Part shown: piece after piece, positions 26,420 to 36,780 of the stretch
Layout of the letters: each line of letters opens with the position of its first letter
Numbering within the stretch: the stretch's first letter is position 1
From: an uncultured Dysgonomonadaceae bacterium
GTDB taxonomy: Bacteria; Bacteroidota; Bacteroidia; Bacteroidales; Dysgonomonadaceae
Direction of reading: 5' to 3'
Assembly (NCBI GenBank): GCA_964640575.1
Contig: CAZXGV010000001.1
Location: 6,815-70,814 of the forward strand
Length of the DNA stretch: 64,000 bases
The notes under the pieces: model-generated
Seen by the model: only the letters and a program-made list of their open reading frames with translations
The model's database searches: none
Told to the model about the DNA's origin: nothing
Program-made: the position numbers and the translations under genes

Positions 26420-26458
26420 GTGTGCGAATTTATTTGTATTGCTACAATATACTCACTA

Positions 26459-27172
26459 TTATTCATTTTCATTATCCTCTTCAGTTGGTACAATCAATTT
26501 GTAACCTTTACCGTGGATATTGATGATTTCAATGTTTGGTTCTGGTCTCAATAGCTTACGTAGCTTCGTGATGTAAACATCCATGCTTCGTGCATTGAAA
26601 TAAGTATCTTCCTCCCAAATTTCCTTTAACGCATGATTACGTTCAAGAATCTCATTGCTATGCGCTGACAATAATGTCAACAACTCTGATTCTTTAGTTG
26701 TAAGCTTGGTTTGGATATCACCAATGGTTAGAATTTGCTTTTGAGTGTCAAAAGTCATATTACCAAACTTGTAAAACTGTTGTTCTTTTATTTTTTTACC
26801 TTTCACTCTGCGGATGATAGCTTCAATACGAAGCACTAACTCTTCCATGCTGAATGGTTTGGTGATATAATCATCAGCACCTGCTTTAAAACCTTCAAGA
26901 ATATCTTCTTTCATATTCTTTGCAGTTAAAAAGATTACAGGAATTTCAGTATTAATTGTTCTGATTTCCTTTACCAATGTAACGCCATCTTTCTTAGGCA
27001 TCATTACATCTATTATACACAGGTCGTACTTTGTTTTTACGAATCCTCTAAAACCTGCTTCTCCATCTGGGAAAAGATCGGTTTCATAACCTTTTGCTTG
27101 GAGATATTCTCTGAGCAACATGCCAAGATTCTCGTCATCTTCGCATAAAAATAATTTTAATTTTTCTTCCAT
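26459..27172 (-). CDS. OmpR/PhoB-family response regulator
   Basis: 237 aa. The receiver domain has LFLCEDDENL..DLCIIDVMMPKKDG..LTAK. The C-terminal domain is a winged helix (LTTKESELLTLL..DVYITKLRKLL..IHGKGYKL). Confidence 0.9.
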   Translation of the reverse strand: MEEKLKLFLCEDDENLGMLLREYLQAKGYETDLFPDGEAGFRGFVKTKYDLCIIDVMMPKKDGVTLVKEIRTINTEIPVIFLTAKNMKEDILEGFKAGADDYITKPFSMEELVLRIEAIIRRVKGKKIKEQQFYKFGNMTFDTQKQILTIGDIQTKLTTKESELLTLLSAHSNEILERNHALKEIWEEDTYFNARSMDVYITKLRKLLRPEPNIEIINIHGKGYKLIVPTEEDNENE

Positions 27173-27173
27173 A

Positions 27174-28760
27174 TCAATTTTGTGTTATTAAGGGTAAACT
27201 AATTATAAACTTTGTTCCTTTACCTAAATCGCTTTCTGCACGAATTGTGCCTTTATGATCGGTTACTATTTTGTGTACGTAAGCCAATCCTAATCCAAAT
27301 CCTTTTACATCGTGAACATTGCCAGTTGGAATTCGATAGAATCGTTCAAAAACCTTTTTCACATATTCTTTTTTAATACCAATTCCATTATCTTCAATCG
27401 ATATAAACAATTTTCCTGCATCGTTCCATGTCCTCATCATTAGCTTAAGAGGGACATCTTCTTTTCGATATTTCAATGCATTGTCCAATAAATTGAACAG
27501 TACATTGGTGAAATGCATTTCATCTATGTTTACCATAGATTCATCTGCTTGCAAATCGATGTCGAGCTCACCTTCAAATTTTTGAACTTTCAGTTCGTGT
27601 GTGTTGGCAACGCTAACTACTAAATCGTTTGCATCTTTCTCTTTCAGCTTCAGCGTAGCTCTTTGTTTGTCAAAGAGCGACATTTGTAATACTTTTTCTA
27701 CTTGAAAACTTAAACGCTTCGTCTCATCATTAATCACACCCGTTACATGTTTAAATACTTCGGGCGATTTAGCAATTGATGCATCTTTTAGCATCTGTGC
27801 TGCTAGTGAAATTGTTGAAACTGGAGTTTTCAGTTCATGTGTCATATTATTGATGAAATCGTTTTTCATTTCCGACAAACGCTTTTGTCTGAAAAGTGTG
27901 ATTATCGTAAAAATAAACGTTATCAAAAGAATAACTGTAAATATTAATGACGGCACCACAAATGTTATCTCACTAAAAACGTATTCACCCTTTGTAGGGA
28001 AATAAACCCTCAGATAATTTAATTTTGCTGGGGGATCATTTGGGAAAAGTATTTGCGTATATATAGCTTTTTCACTTTTATCAGGATATCCGGGAGAAGA
28101 ATAGACCACTTGATTGTTCGGATTTACTACCTGAAAGCTAAACGGAATACTTAAACCTGCATTGCTAAGCAATTCTGAACGGATATATGAATTAATTTTA
28201 CGAAAGTCAACACGATCCTCAATCGGTTTTGTACTTGCACGGTTCATAATCTTTAGAATCACTTCATTTAGTAATGCTTTTTCGTGTAAATAACGTTTCG
28301 AAAAAGCCTGTTGCAACTCGTATGAAGTTTTGGATATTGTATTCAATCCGTGACCAGGTGATATAAATACACCTTGTTGTTGAGGTCTTTCGGTTGATTC
28401 CGTTGTTATATCATAATCTATTATTGTCTCGCTCCCGTCTGGGTTTGTTGTTGTCCATCGCTCTTTTCTTCTTGTTGTAACAGATGATGTTGCAGAAGAA
28501 GAGGAAGAACTTCCTTGATGAGGTTGATTATATTGTGAATACTTTTCTTCCGATTCAGCAATATCCTCTTCGATGAATTGCAAAGTTTGATCGATTTCTA
28601 AACTTTGCGCCACTTGGTATAAGCTTCTCTTGACAGATTCGTCGAATTGCTCGTTTCTTGTATCTAATGTAATTTGTATATATTTTACTTGAAGAAACAA
28701 TAATCCCACAAATGCAATAATCATTACACTAGCAAGCAACCAAATAGTTGATTTTTTCAT
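27174..28760 (-). CDS. sensor histidine kinase
   Basis: 528 aa with two TM segments flanking a periplasmic region that contains a Ser-rich tract. It has the H-box NMTHELKTP, the N-box LLDNALKY and G-boxes DNGIGI and GFGLGLA. Its stop lies 1 nt before the regulator start. Confidence 0.9.
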   Translation of the reverse strand: MKKSTIWLLASVMIIAFVGLLFLQVKYIQITLDTRNEQFDESVKRSLYQVAQSLEIDQTLQFIEEDIAESEEKYSQYNQPHQGSSSSSSATSSVTTRRKERWTTTNPDGSETIIDYDITTESTERPQQQGVFISPGHGLNTISKTSYELQQAFSKRYLHEKALLNEVILKIMNRASTKPIEDRVDFRKINSYIRSELLSNAGLSIPFSFQVVNPNNQVVYSSPGYPDKSEKAIYTQILFPNDPPAKLNYLRVYFPTKGEYVFSEITFVVPSLIFTVILLITFIFTIITLFRQKRLSEMKNDFINNMTHELKTPVSTISLAAQMLKDASIAKSPEVFKHVTGVINDETKRLSFQVEKVLQMSLFDKQRATLKLKEKDANDLVVSVANTHELKVQKFEGELDIDLQADESMVNIDEMHFTNVLFNLLDNALKYRKEDVPLKLMMRTWNDAGKLFISIEDNGIGIKKEYVKKVFERFYRIPTGNVHDVKGFGLGLAYVHKIVTDHKGTIRAESDLGKGTKFIISLPLITQN

Positions 28761-29202
28761 ACTTTTCTGTTTTACTTACCTCCTAGTTTTTTAAAAACAT
28801 TTTAAAGAACGTTTCTCATTATCCATTTTAACAAATGAGACTGCTAATTGTTTAACATTTATCATAAAATTTCAACAAAGAGATGAACTTTTCTTCAGAA
28901 CACTATATTATACGAGTGATTAAATCAGAAATAGTTTAATTTTTGCGACTCATAATGTTTAATTTTTCACATAAATCAGTCTCATTTTTGCACCTTCGTG
29001 CCAAAAATATTATACTAATTATTTATTGCAACCGTAAAAATAGTAATAATAGTTTGATTTATTCACTTTTTAGTCGATTAAAATATAAAATGTCGGTTTT
29101 GGGCTTTGTTTTTTATTAGAAGATATTTGGTTATTTCTCATCGAAAACCCAAGTTTTTAGCTTAACTTCTTTGTATAATGTACAAGGTGTCATTTTTATT
29201 TC

Positions 29203-29210
29203 TAAATTTG
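29203..29210 (+). promoter_or_regulatory. candidate -7 promoter box for the proline dehydrogenase gene
   Basis: TAAATTTG matches TAnnTTTG, 27 nt upstream of the ATG. Confidence 0.3.
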
Positions 29211-29236
29211 TATAAATCTTTTATGCCAATAGGAGT

Positions 29237-30457
29237 ATGAGAAACAATAAAGAACAACTTATTAATTTCAATGATACTGAAATTGCATTTAGGGATAAAT
29301 CGAATAGCGATTTAAGAGAAATGCATCTTTTATTTAAAGTTATGAATAGCCCTACTTGGGTTAACGTTGGGAAGCGGTTAGTAAACATTGCTTTTGCAAT
29401 TCATTTTCCAATAGAATGGATTGTCAAACGTACTATTTACAGGCATTTTTGTGGAGGAGTCTCTATTGCAGACAGCTCTAAGTTAATCGAAAAACTTGAT
29501 TCAAGAAAGGTGAGAACCATCTTGGATTATGCAGTTGAAGGCGAAGAGAATGAAGATATGTTTGACGAGACTCGCAATGAGGTGATGCGTACCATAACTT
29601 TTGCTCATAACAATAAAAAGACTCCTTTTAGTGCGTTTAAGGTAAGTGGAATTGGATCAATTGACTTGATGACAAAAGTTAGTAACAATGAATCGTTGAA
29701 TGAGACTGAAACCGAAAGCTACAAGTTGCTTTTACGCAGATTCGATGAAATATGTAAATTGGCTCATAAACTAAGTGTGCCCGTGTTGATTGATGCGGAA
29801 GAGTCTTATATCCAACCCATGTTAGACGATTTGATTATGGACATGATGCGAAAGTATAACAAAGCGAAGGCTATTGTTCAAAACACGTATCAAATGTACC
29901 GTCATGATCGTTTGGCCATAATAAAGCAGCATCACGCAATTGCTCAAAAGGAAGGTTTTTATCTGGGTTTAAAAATTGTGCGTGGTGCCTATATGGAAAA
30001 AGAGCGAGAACGTGCAAAAGAAATGGGTTATCCTTCTCCCATACAGCCCAATAAAGAGGCAACTGACAGAGACTTTAATGAAATTACTCGTTACTTTGTA
30101 GAGAATGTTGATACTATTTCGTTTATGGTTGCCACGCACAACGAAGAGAGCACACAGCTTTTGGTTACACTCATAGAAGAGCATAACCTGCCTCGCAACC
30201 ATCCACGCATCTATTTCTCGCAACTGTATGGGATGAGCGATCACTTAACCTATAACTTAGCGGAAGGCGGATACAATGTTGTAAAGTATGTGCCTTATGG
30301 TGAGGTGAAAACAATGGTTCCTTACTTGATTCGTAGAGCCGAAGAGAATAGTTCGGTTGCTGGGCAATCCAGCAGAGAGTTGTCGTTGATACAACAAGAG
30401 CTAAAAAGAAGGAAACTAACGAGACAAAGTGAAAAACAAAAAAGTCCAAGAAGATAA
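29237..30457 (+). CDS. monofunctional proline dehydrogenase
   Basis: 406 aa. PRODH barrel motifs are LDYAVEGEE, VLIDAEESYIQ, LKIVRGAYMEKER, ATHNEES, FSQLYGMSD and VPYLIRRAEENSS. Confidence 0.85.
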   Translation: MRNNKEQLINFNDTEIAFRDKSNSDLREMHLLFKVMNSPTWVNVGKRLVNIAFAIHFPIEWIVKRTIYRHFCGGVSIADSSKLIEKLDSRKVRTILDYAVEGEENEDMFDETRNEVMRTITFAHNNKKTPFSAFKVSGIGSIDLMTKVSNNESLNETETESYKLLLRRFDEICKLAHKLSVPVLIDAEESYIQPMLDDLIMDMMRKYNKAKAIVQNTYQMYRHDRLAIIKQHHAIAQKEGFYLGLKIVRGAYMEKERERAKEMGYPSPIQPNKEATDRDFNEITRYFVENVDTISFMVATHNEESTQLLVTLIEEHNLPRNHPRIYFSQLYGMSDHLTYNLAEGGYNVVKYVPYGEVKTMVPYLIRRAEENSSVAGQSSRELSLIQQELKRRKLTRQSEKQKSPRR

Positions 30458-30505
30458 CTTCTCAGACTTTCTCATGTTGTTTCGCTATATTTTTTACTAT
30501 AACAC

Positions 30506-31555
30506 CTATTTTACTTCCCACACATTGTCAGAATTCATCAGAAATTCTTCAAAGCTTACCTTCGGTTTTTTTGCTTGAACCTCTTCTATTTGCCTTTCTT
30601 GTTCTCTTTCGTAGGTTGGTGCTTCCACATCACGAATAACTCCTAATGCTACTGGGAGATTGTCATACACTTCTGTACCCATCAATGCTAACTTTTGATG
30701 CAATACATTGTCTTTAGTGTCGGTGTGGTGAACAAGCACGTCGTCAAGTGTATAGCCATCTTCTCCAATGGTTATTGCTTTTAGATTCCATCCGTCAATA
30801 ACAATTCCTTTGTTATCATCCGTGCCAAAAATCATTTTCTCTCCATGTTGAAGCAAAATTGTATTCTCTTTTCTCCAAGCTCTATCTGAGAATTTACTAT
30901 GGACTCCGTCATTAAAGATAACGCAGTTTTGCAACACCTCCACTACAGCAGCTCCCTTGTGCTTAGAAGCTGAAACCAGTGTATTGGTCAGATTTTTCAT
31001 ATCTATATCTATACCTCTGCCAAAGAACTTGCCCCTTGCCCCAAAGCATAGCTCTGCGGGTCTAAATGGATCTTCCACAGTTCCATAAGGTGCAGACTTG
31101 GCTACAAAACCTCGATCGGAAGTGGGGGAGAATTGCCCTTTGGTCAACCCATAAATCTTGTTGTTGAAAAGAACGATGGTTAAATCCACATTCCTACGAA
31201 TGGTATGAATGAAGTGATTGCCACCAATTGCCAACGAGTCACCATCTCCTGTTGCTACCCAAATGTTGAGATCAGGATTGGCTACTTTCATCCCTGTTGC
31301 AATAGGCAATGCACGTCCATGAATACTGTGTATTCCGTAAGTGTTCATATAATAGGTGAGTCGCGATGAGCAACCAATGCCCGAAACCATTACAGTGTCA
31401 TCGGGTACAAGGTTCAACTCAGCCATTGCTCTTTGTATGCAATTCAAAACAGCATGGTCGCCGCATCCAGGACACCAACGAACACTGTTCGTGCTTTTAA
31501 AATCTTTGGGATTGTATGTTATATCTTCAGCTTTTATACTTGTTGTAGTTTCCAT
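30506..31555 (-). CDS. korB: 2-oxoglutarate/2-oxoacid:ferredoxin oxidoreductase, beta (TPP-binding) subunit
   Basis: 349 aa. Motifs include WCPGCGDHAVL, SGIGCSS, the TPP motif GDGDSLAIGGNHFIH and NNKIYGLTKGQ. Confidence 0.88.
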   Translation of the reverse strand: METTTSIKAEDITYNPKDFKSTNSVRWCPGCGDHAVLNCIQRAMAELNLVPDDTVMVSGIGCSSRLTYYMNTYGIHSIHGRALPIATGMKVANPDLNIWVATGDGDSLAIGGNHFIHTIRRNVDLTIVLFNNKIYGLTKGQFSPTSDRGFVAKSAPYGTVEDPFRPAELCFGARGKFFGRGIDIDMKNLTNTLVSASKHKGAAVVEVLQNCVIFNDGVHSKFSDRAWRKENTILLQHGEKMIFGTDDNKGIVIDGWNLKAITIGEDGYTLDDVLVHHTDTKDNVLHQKLALMGTEVYDNLPVALGVIRDVEAPTYEREQERQIEEVQAKKPKVSFEEFLMNSDNVWEVK

Positions 31556-31558
31556 GTT

Positions 31559-33418
31559 TTATGCCTCTTTTTCAATAATGTTTATAAATTCTTCCACTAA
31601 TCGCCACACTAAGAATGGTTGTCCAGTAATGCGATTCAATTTGTGAATGGTGAGCCCCTTTATTTTGCTCTCAAGATAATTGGCGAATTGCCCCAAGTTT
31701 TGTTCTGCCACTATAATGCGAGAATACCGCTTCAACACTTCCTCAGTGTTTTTAGGCAAGGGAGATATAAATTTGAATTGAGTGAATGCAACTTTATAGT
31801 TCTGTTGTTTCACCTCACGATAAGCTTCGAGCAGATGACCAAATGTGCCACCCCAACCCACAATAAGCGTATCTGCATCATCGTCACCTATGACCTCAAG
31901 CTCGGGGACGTAGTTTGCAATTCTATCAATTTTTGCTTGGCGGGTTTCTACCATCAACTGATGATTTTCTCCATCCGACGAAATCACTCCTGTTTCGTAA
32001 TCCTTTTCTAATCCTCCCACTCTGTGGGCATAGTCAGCCATTCCGGGGAATGCCCAATACCTTGCTTTTGTTTCTTCGTTACGTGTATAGGGTGTCCACT
32101 CTTTGTCGCCCTTGTAATTTTCTACATAGTTAGGTTTTATTTCAGGGTACTCATCCATCTTCGGTATCTTCCACGAAGAAGAACCATTAGCAATATATCC
32201 ATCTGTCAATAAGACCACAGGTGTCATGTGTTCTAATGCTAATTTGCAAGCCCAAAAAGCACTATCGAAACAATCGGTGGGCGAGAGTGCGGCAATAACT
32301 ACTGCGGGACTTTCGCCGTTGCGACCATAGAGTGCCTGATTCAAATCAGATTGTTCGCTTTTTGTGGGCAATCCTGTTGACGGTCCACCTCGCTGAACAT
32401 CGATTACTACCAAAGGTAGCTCTGTCATAACAGCCAATCCAAGTGCCTCTCCTTTAAGAGCCAGTCCTGGTCCTGAAGTTGTGGTGACTCCCAAGTGTCC
32501 CACAAAGCTTGCACCAAGTGCAGTACAAATACCCGCAATTTCGTCTTCCATTTGAAGAGCCTTTATTCCAAAGTCTTTTCGTTTTGCGAGTTCGTGCAAG
32601 ATATCAGTGGCAGGTGTTATTGGATAGGTACCGAGTAGAAGCTCAACATTAGCTTTTTCAGCAGCAGCAATCAATCCGTAAGAGGTTGCCAAGTTGCCAT
32701 TAATGTCGGTATAGAAACCTTTGTCGAGTTCCAATGCTTCAATTCTGTAGGTCGAGACTGTCAAGTGTCTATTGTTACCATAGTTATAGCCATCATTCAA
32801 AACCCTTACATTGGCTTCAACAATCTTTGGGTTCTTTACAAATTTCTCTGCCAGCAACTTGTCTGCAATTTCTATCGGTCGGTTAAATAGCCAACAAACC
32901 AATCCTAAAGCAAACATGTTTTTGCTACGCAACATAGTTTTGTTGTCCAGTCCCATATCTTTCAAGCTATCTTTTGTCATCGATGTGATGGGAACAGGCA
33001 CGAGCTGTAGATGTGGCATCTCTAGTTCTTCAAAAGGATTTTCAGTGGCGAACAGCGCTTTCTCCAGGTCTCTTTTATTAAAAGAATCGGTATCGAAAAT
33101 AACGATAGAGTCTTTTCTGAGGTGATGAGCATTCACCTTCAATGCTGCCGGATTCATAGCAATCAGCACATCCGTTAAGTCGCCCGATGTGTGAATGTTT
33201 TTAGAACCAATGCGAACTTGAAACCCTGAAACACCATTCAGTGTTCCTTGGGGTGCTCTAATCTCTGAGGGATAATCGGGAAAAGTTGCTATTTCATTTC
33301 CGAAGATTGCAGAGAGAGTCGAAAATAGTGTGCCGGTAAGTTGCATCCCATCCCCCGAGTCGCCGGACAATCTAATTGTTACTTGATTTAAATCTTTGAC
33401 TACAGTTGTTTTATCCAT
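31559..33418 (-). CDS. korA: 2-oxoglutarate/2-oxoacid:ferredoxin oxidoreductase, alpha subunit
   Basis: 619 aa. The N-terminal gamma-like domain has GDSGDGMQLTG and the pyrimidine-binding domain has YPITPATDILH..TTTSGPGLALK. Its stop lies 3 nt before korB. Confidence 0.88.
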   Translation of the reverse strand: MDKTTVVKDLNQVTIRLSGDSGDGMQLTGTLFSTLSAIFGNEIATFPDYPSEIRAPQGTLNGVSGFQVRIGSKNIHTSGDLTDVLIAMNPAALKVNAHHLRKDSIVIFDTDSFNKRDLEKALFATENPFEELEMPHLQLVPVPITSMTKDSLKDMGLDNKTMLRSKNMFALGLVCWLFNRPIEIADKLLAEKFVKNPKIVEANVRVLNDGYNYGNNRHLTVSTYRIEALELDKGFYTDINGNLATSYGLIAAAEKANVELLLGTYPITPATDILHELAKRKDFGIKALQMEDEIAGICTALGASFVGHLGVTTTSGPGLALKGEALGLAVMTELPLVVIDVQRGGPSTGLPTKSEQSDLNQALYGRNGESPAVVIAALSPTDCFDSAFWACKLALEHMTPVVLLTDGYIANGSSSWKIPKMDEYPEIKPNYVENYKGDKEWTPYTRNEETKARYWAFPGMADYAHRVGGLEKDYETGVISSDGENHQLMVETRQAKIDRIANYVPELEVIGDDDADTLIVGWGGTFGHLLEAYREVKQQNYKVAFTQFKFISPLPKNTEEVLKRYSRIIVAEQNLGQFANYLESKIKGLTIHKLNRITGQPFLVWRLVEEFINIIEKEA

Positions 33419-33597
33419 AATTTTTTAGTGGAATATTTTAATTTATGAGGATTGTGTTAATTTGATTGTTTTTGGCAATTTATGCTTACAAAGTAATGGA
33501 AATATTCGACAATTAACAAGTTAATTCATATAAAAAAGCATTTATAGTAGCTTTTCGTTAGAAGTTAAATCATTTTCTCGCTAAACCATTTGTCGGT

Positions 33598-34902
33598 TTA
33601 CACTCTCTTTATTCGTGCACCCAATCTACTTAAACGTATATCTATATCTTCATATCCTCTATCTATTTGCTCAATATTGTGAATCTCGCTTTTGCCTTCG
33701 GCACCCATTGCTGCAATCAGCAGAGAAATACCTGCTCGGATGTCGGGTGAACTCATTGTCATGCCTTTCAGTTTAAATTTATCGCCCATCCCAATCACTG
33801 TGGCGCGATGTGGGTCGCACAATATTATTTGAGCACCCATATCTATTAGTTTGTCAACAAAGAAGAGGCGACTCTCAAACATTTTCTGATGTATCAACAC
33901 ACAGCCTTCGGCTTTTGTAGCCAACACAAGCAATACGCTCAATAGGTCAGGAGTTAGTCCGGGCCATGGTGCATCGGCAATGGTGAGAATCGAACCATCT
34001 AGAAAAGGGTCGATGGTGTATTTGTCATGTTTGGGAACAAGTATGTCATTGCCCTTCTGCTCCACGGTGATGCCCAATCTTGCAAATGTTTGTGGAATGA
34101 TTCCCAAGTCATCTAATGAAGCCTCCTTTATTGTAATTTCCGAACCCGTCATAGCAGCTATGCCAATGAAGCTACCAATTTCTATCATATCGGGCAATAA
34201 TGTATGTGTGCAACCTGACAATTGTTTCACTCCCTTCACACGAAGTAGGTTAGAACCAATACCTTGTATATTTGCCCCCATTCTCACCAACATTTTGCTT
34301 AGTTGCACCACATAGGGTTCGCATGCTGCATTAAAGATTGTGGTTTCTCCTTCCGCAAAAACTGCAGTCATCAGTATGTTGGCTGTACCCGTTACAGAGG
34401 CTTCGTCGAGAAGCATATAGGTTCCTTTCAGCTTTTTTGCAGAGAGGAGGAAAAGCTGTTTCCCTTCGTCAAATATCAGGTCTCCACCCAACGATATGAT
34501 TCCATTTAGGTGAGTGTCCAATCTTCGTCTGCCAATTTTGTCTCCTCCAGGGGTGGGCACAATGGCTTTGCCAAAACGTGTGAGTAATGGTCCAATCAGC
34601 ATTACAGACCCACGAAGGGCTCCACACTGTTCCACAAAACGAGGCGATTGGGTGTATTCATAATCAATCTCGTTGGCGCAAAATGAATAGCTCCCTTTGC
34701 CGAGTTTTTTCACTTTCACTCCCATTTGCTTCAGCAAATCGATAAGATTATTTACGTCTAATATATTGGGGATATTATGAATAACTACCTCTTCGTCCGT
34801 TAGCAAAGTTGCACAAATCACTTGTAGGGCTTCGTTCTTGGCTCCTTGTGGTGTAATTTCTCCGTGCAGTTGATGACCACCTTCTATGATAAATGAAGAC
34901 AT
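33598..34902 (-). CDS. murA: UDP-N-acetylglucosamine 1-carboxyvinyltransferase (Asp-type active site)
   Basis: 434 aa. Motifs include GAKNEALQ, LRGSVMLIGPLL and PGGDKIGRRRLDTH, where E. coli has PGGCAIGARPVD. The C-terminus is RGYEDIDIRLSRLGA. Confidence 0.92.
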   Translation of the reverse strand: MSSFIIEGGHQLHGEITPQGAKNEALQVICATLLTDEEVVIHNIPNILDVNNLIDLLKQMGVKVKKLGKGSYSFCANEIDYEYTQSPRFVEQCGALRGSVMLIGPLLTRFGKAIVPTPGGDKIGRRRLDTHLNGIISLGGDLIFDEGKQLFLLSAKKLKGTYMLLDEASVTGTANILMTAVFAEGETTIFNAACEPYVVQLSKMLVRMGANIQGIGSNLLRVKGVKQLSGCTHTLLPDMIEIGSFIGIAAMTGSEITIKEASLDDLGIIPQTFARLGITVEQKGNDILVPKHDKYTIDPFLDGSILTIADAPWPGLTPDLLSVLLVLATKAEGCVLIHQKMFESRLFFVDKLIDMGAQIILCDPHRATVIGMGDKFKLKGMTMSSPDIRAGISLLIAAMGAEGKSEIHNIEQIDRGYEDIDIRLSRLGARIKRV

Positions 34903-34924
34903 GTTTTGTGTTATATTTTTAGTT

Positions 34925-35923
34925 CTAATATATTCTAACTTCTGGTTCTAACCAAATGTTGAATTGCGAATAGACGTTCTGTTGTATCTCTTTCATGAAC
35001 TCTAAAATATCTTTCCCCCTCTTTGTCCCATAGTTCACGATGATAAGAGAATGATACTTGTAGGTTCCAACCATCCCATTTCGTTTGTTGTTGTATCCTG
35101 CCTTGTCTATTAAGAAAGCAGATGAGGTTTTGAAGCAATCTTCATTCACGTGGTGAACCGTTGCATTGGGCAACAGTTTAATAAGATTCTCTTTTTGACT
35201 GTAAGTGAGGAAAGGGTTTTTGAAAAAACTCCCTGCATTGGGCAATAAATTATAGTCGGGTGTTTTGCGCGTCCTTATTCTTATAATAGCATTGCGCACC
35301 TCCATTATTGTTGGGTTTTCGATGTCTTTTAGCTCATTGGTTAGGTCAATATATTTTTGTCGGTAGGTAAATGATTTACTTAATCGGAACACTACTGAGG
35401 TTATTATATATTTGTTTGTTCTCTTGAAGAGACTGTCTCGGTATTCAAAATCACACATTTCATTGGTGAAGTCCTTCTGCTCTCCGGTTTCAATATCCAT
35501 GGTTCTCACAAGAGTTATCACATCCTTCACCTCAGCACCATAAGCACCAATGTTTTGGATAGGTGCAGCACCCACAGTACTGGGGATTAAAGAAAGATTT
35601 TCAATTCCAGCATACTCCTTTTCCACGCAATATGCTACAAAATCATCCCATTTCTCTGAAGCATGAGCCTCTATTTCTATCACATCTTCATCTTCATACC
35701 AGATGTTCACCCCCTTCATTTGAAGATGAATAACCAAACCATCGAAGTCTTCAGTGAAAAAGAGATTAAAGCCACCGCCCAACACCAATTTCTTTTCATC
35801 GGGGTAGTGTCTTATTATTTCGGACAACTCGTCTATTGATTTTGGTTCACAAAAAAGCTTTGCAACAGCTTCGGTGCGAAAAGAGTTGTAGGGTTTGAGT
35901 TGTATGTTGTGTTGAATGTTCAT
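34925..35923 (-). CDS. murB: UDP-N-acetylenolpyruvoylglucosamine reductase
   Basis: 332 aa. The FAD-binding domain has LKPYNSFRTEA..LVLGGGFNLFF, followed by GAAPIQNIGAYG and AGSFFKNP. Confidence 0.9.
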   Translation of the reverse strand: MNIQHNIQLKPYNSFRTEAVAKLFCEPKSIDELSEIIRHYPDEKKLVLGGGFNLFFTEDFDGLVIHLQMKGVNIWYEDEDVIEIEAHASEKWDDFVAYCVEKEYAGIENLSLIPSTVGAAPIQNIGAYGAEVKDVITLVRTMDIETGEQKDFTNEMCDFEYRDSLFKRTNKYIITSVVFRLSKSFTYRQKYIDLTNELKDIENPTIMEVRNAIIRIRTRKTPDYNLLPNAGSFFKNPFLTYSQKENLIKLLPNATVHHVNEDCFKTSSAFLIDKAGYNNKRNGMVGTYKYHSLIIVNYGTKRGKDILEFMKEIQQNVYSQFNIWLEPEVRIY

Positions 35924-35965
35924 TTAATCTATGTTGATATGTTTATTTTATCTTTTCTGCCGTGT

Positions 35966-36673
35966 CTATTTGTAAAATAGAAACACACAGGGACGTTTAT
36001 GCATATTCGGTAAATTTCCTCTCCATGCACCAATCTTTTTAGTAGCAATATACTCATCCTCGCAGGTAATGTCCATTGCAATGCAAAGTTTGGTTTGTGG
36101 TTTGCAATGCTGCAGAATATCTTCGCCCATTTTGTTGTTTCGGTAGGGTGTTTCAATAAAAATCTGAGTCTGGTTTTCATTATAAACCTTCATTTCCAAC
36201 TCCTTTAGTTTTCTCACCCTCTCATTGCCATCGATGGGCAGATAGCCATGAAAAGCAAAGCTTTGCCCATTGAAACCCGATGCCATCAGCGACATTAAGA
36301 TGGACGATGGTCCCACCAGTGGCGTTACCTTATATCCATTTCGTTGAGCAATTCCTACCACATCAGCTCCGGGGTCAGCAATGGCAGGGCAACCCGCTTC
36401 AGAAATCACCCCGATACTCTCCCCTTGCTTCATCGGATTCAAATACGCAGCAATATCTTTTTGCTGGGTGTGTTTGTTAAGTTCGAAAAAAGTGAGCGAG
36501 TCTATATCAATCTTCTGATTGCATTTTTTGAGAAACCTTCGTGCCGATCGTACATTCTCTACAATAAAGTACGATAAGCTATTGATGATTTCTGTGTTGT
36601 ATTGTGGCAATACTTTATCGATGGGTGTGTCGCCCATTGTAACGGGAATTAAATATAGAATCGGCTCTTTCAT
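35966..36673 (-). CDS. tetrapyrrole-methylase-fold SAM-dependent methyltransferase (RsmI-like)
   Basis: 235 aa. Motifs include LYLIPVTMGD, VISEAGCPAIADPG, PLVGPSSILMSL and FHGYLP. Confidence 0.75.
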   Translation of the reverse strand: MKEPILYLIPVTMGDTPIDKVLPQYNTEIINSLSYFIVENVRSARRFLKKCNQKIDIDSLTFFELNKHTQQKDIAAYLNPMKQGESIGVISEAGCPAIADPGADVVGIAQRNGYKVTPLVGPSSILMSLMASGFNGQSFAFHGYLPIDGNERVRKLKELEMKVYNENQTQIFIETPYRNNKMGEDILQHCKPQTKLCIAMDITCEDEYIATKKIGAWRGNLPNMHKRPCVFLFYK

Positions 36674-36780
36674 TTTCGTCTAACGTTTTTTTTTGATGCT
36701 CTGTTCACTGGCATCAAAGTTATAGCTTTTGCTTACACTCGATTGATGGTGTTAAAGTGCAAATATACTTATTTTTATCT

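Noticed and set aside
26200-26493. The 98-codon N-terminal extension of the yicC ORF, overlapping the response-regulator gene
   Set aside because: The extension is low complexity (IIIIASISQLF...). It crosses a terminator hairpin and overlaps the 3' end of the regulator gene. YicC homology begins at MIHSMTGYG.
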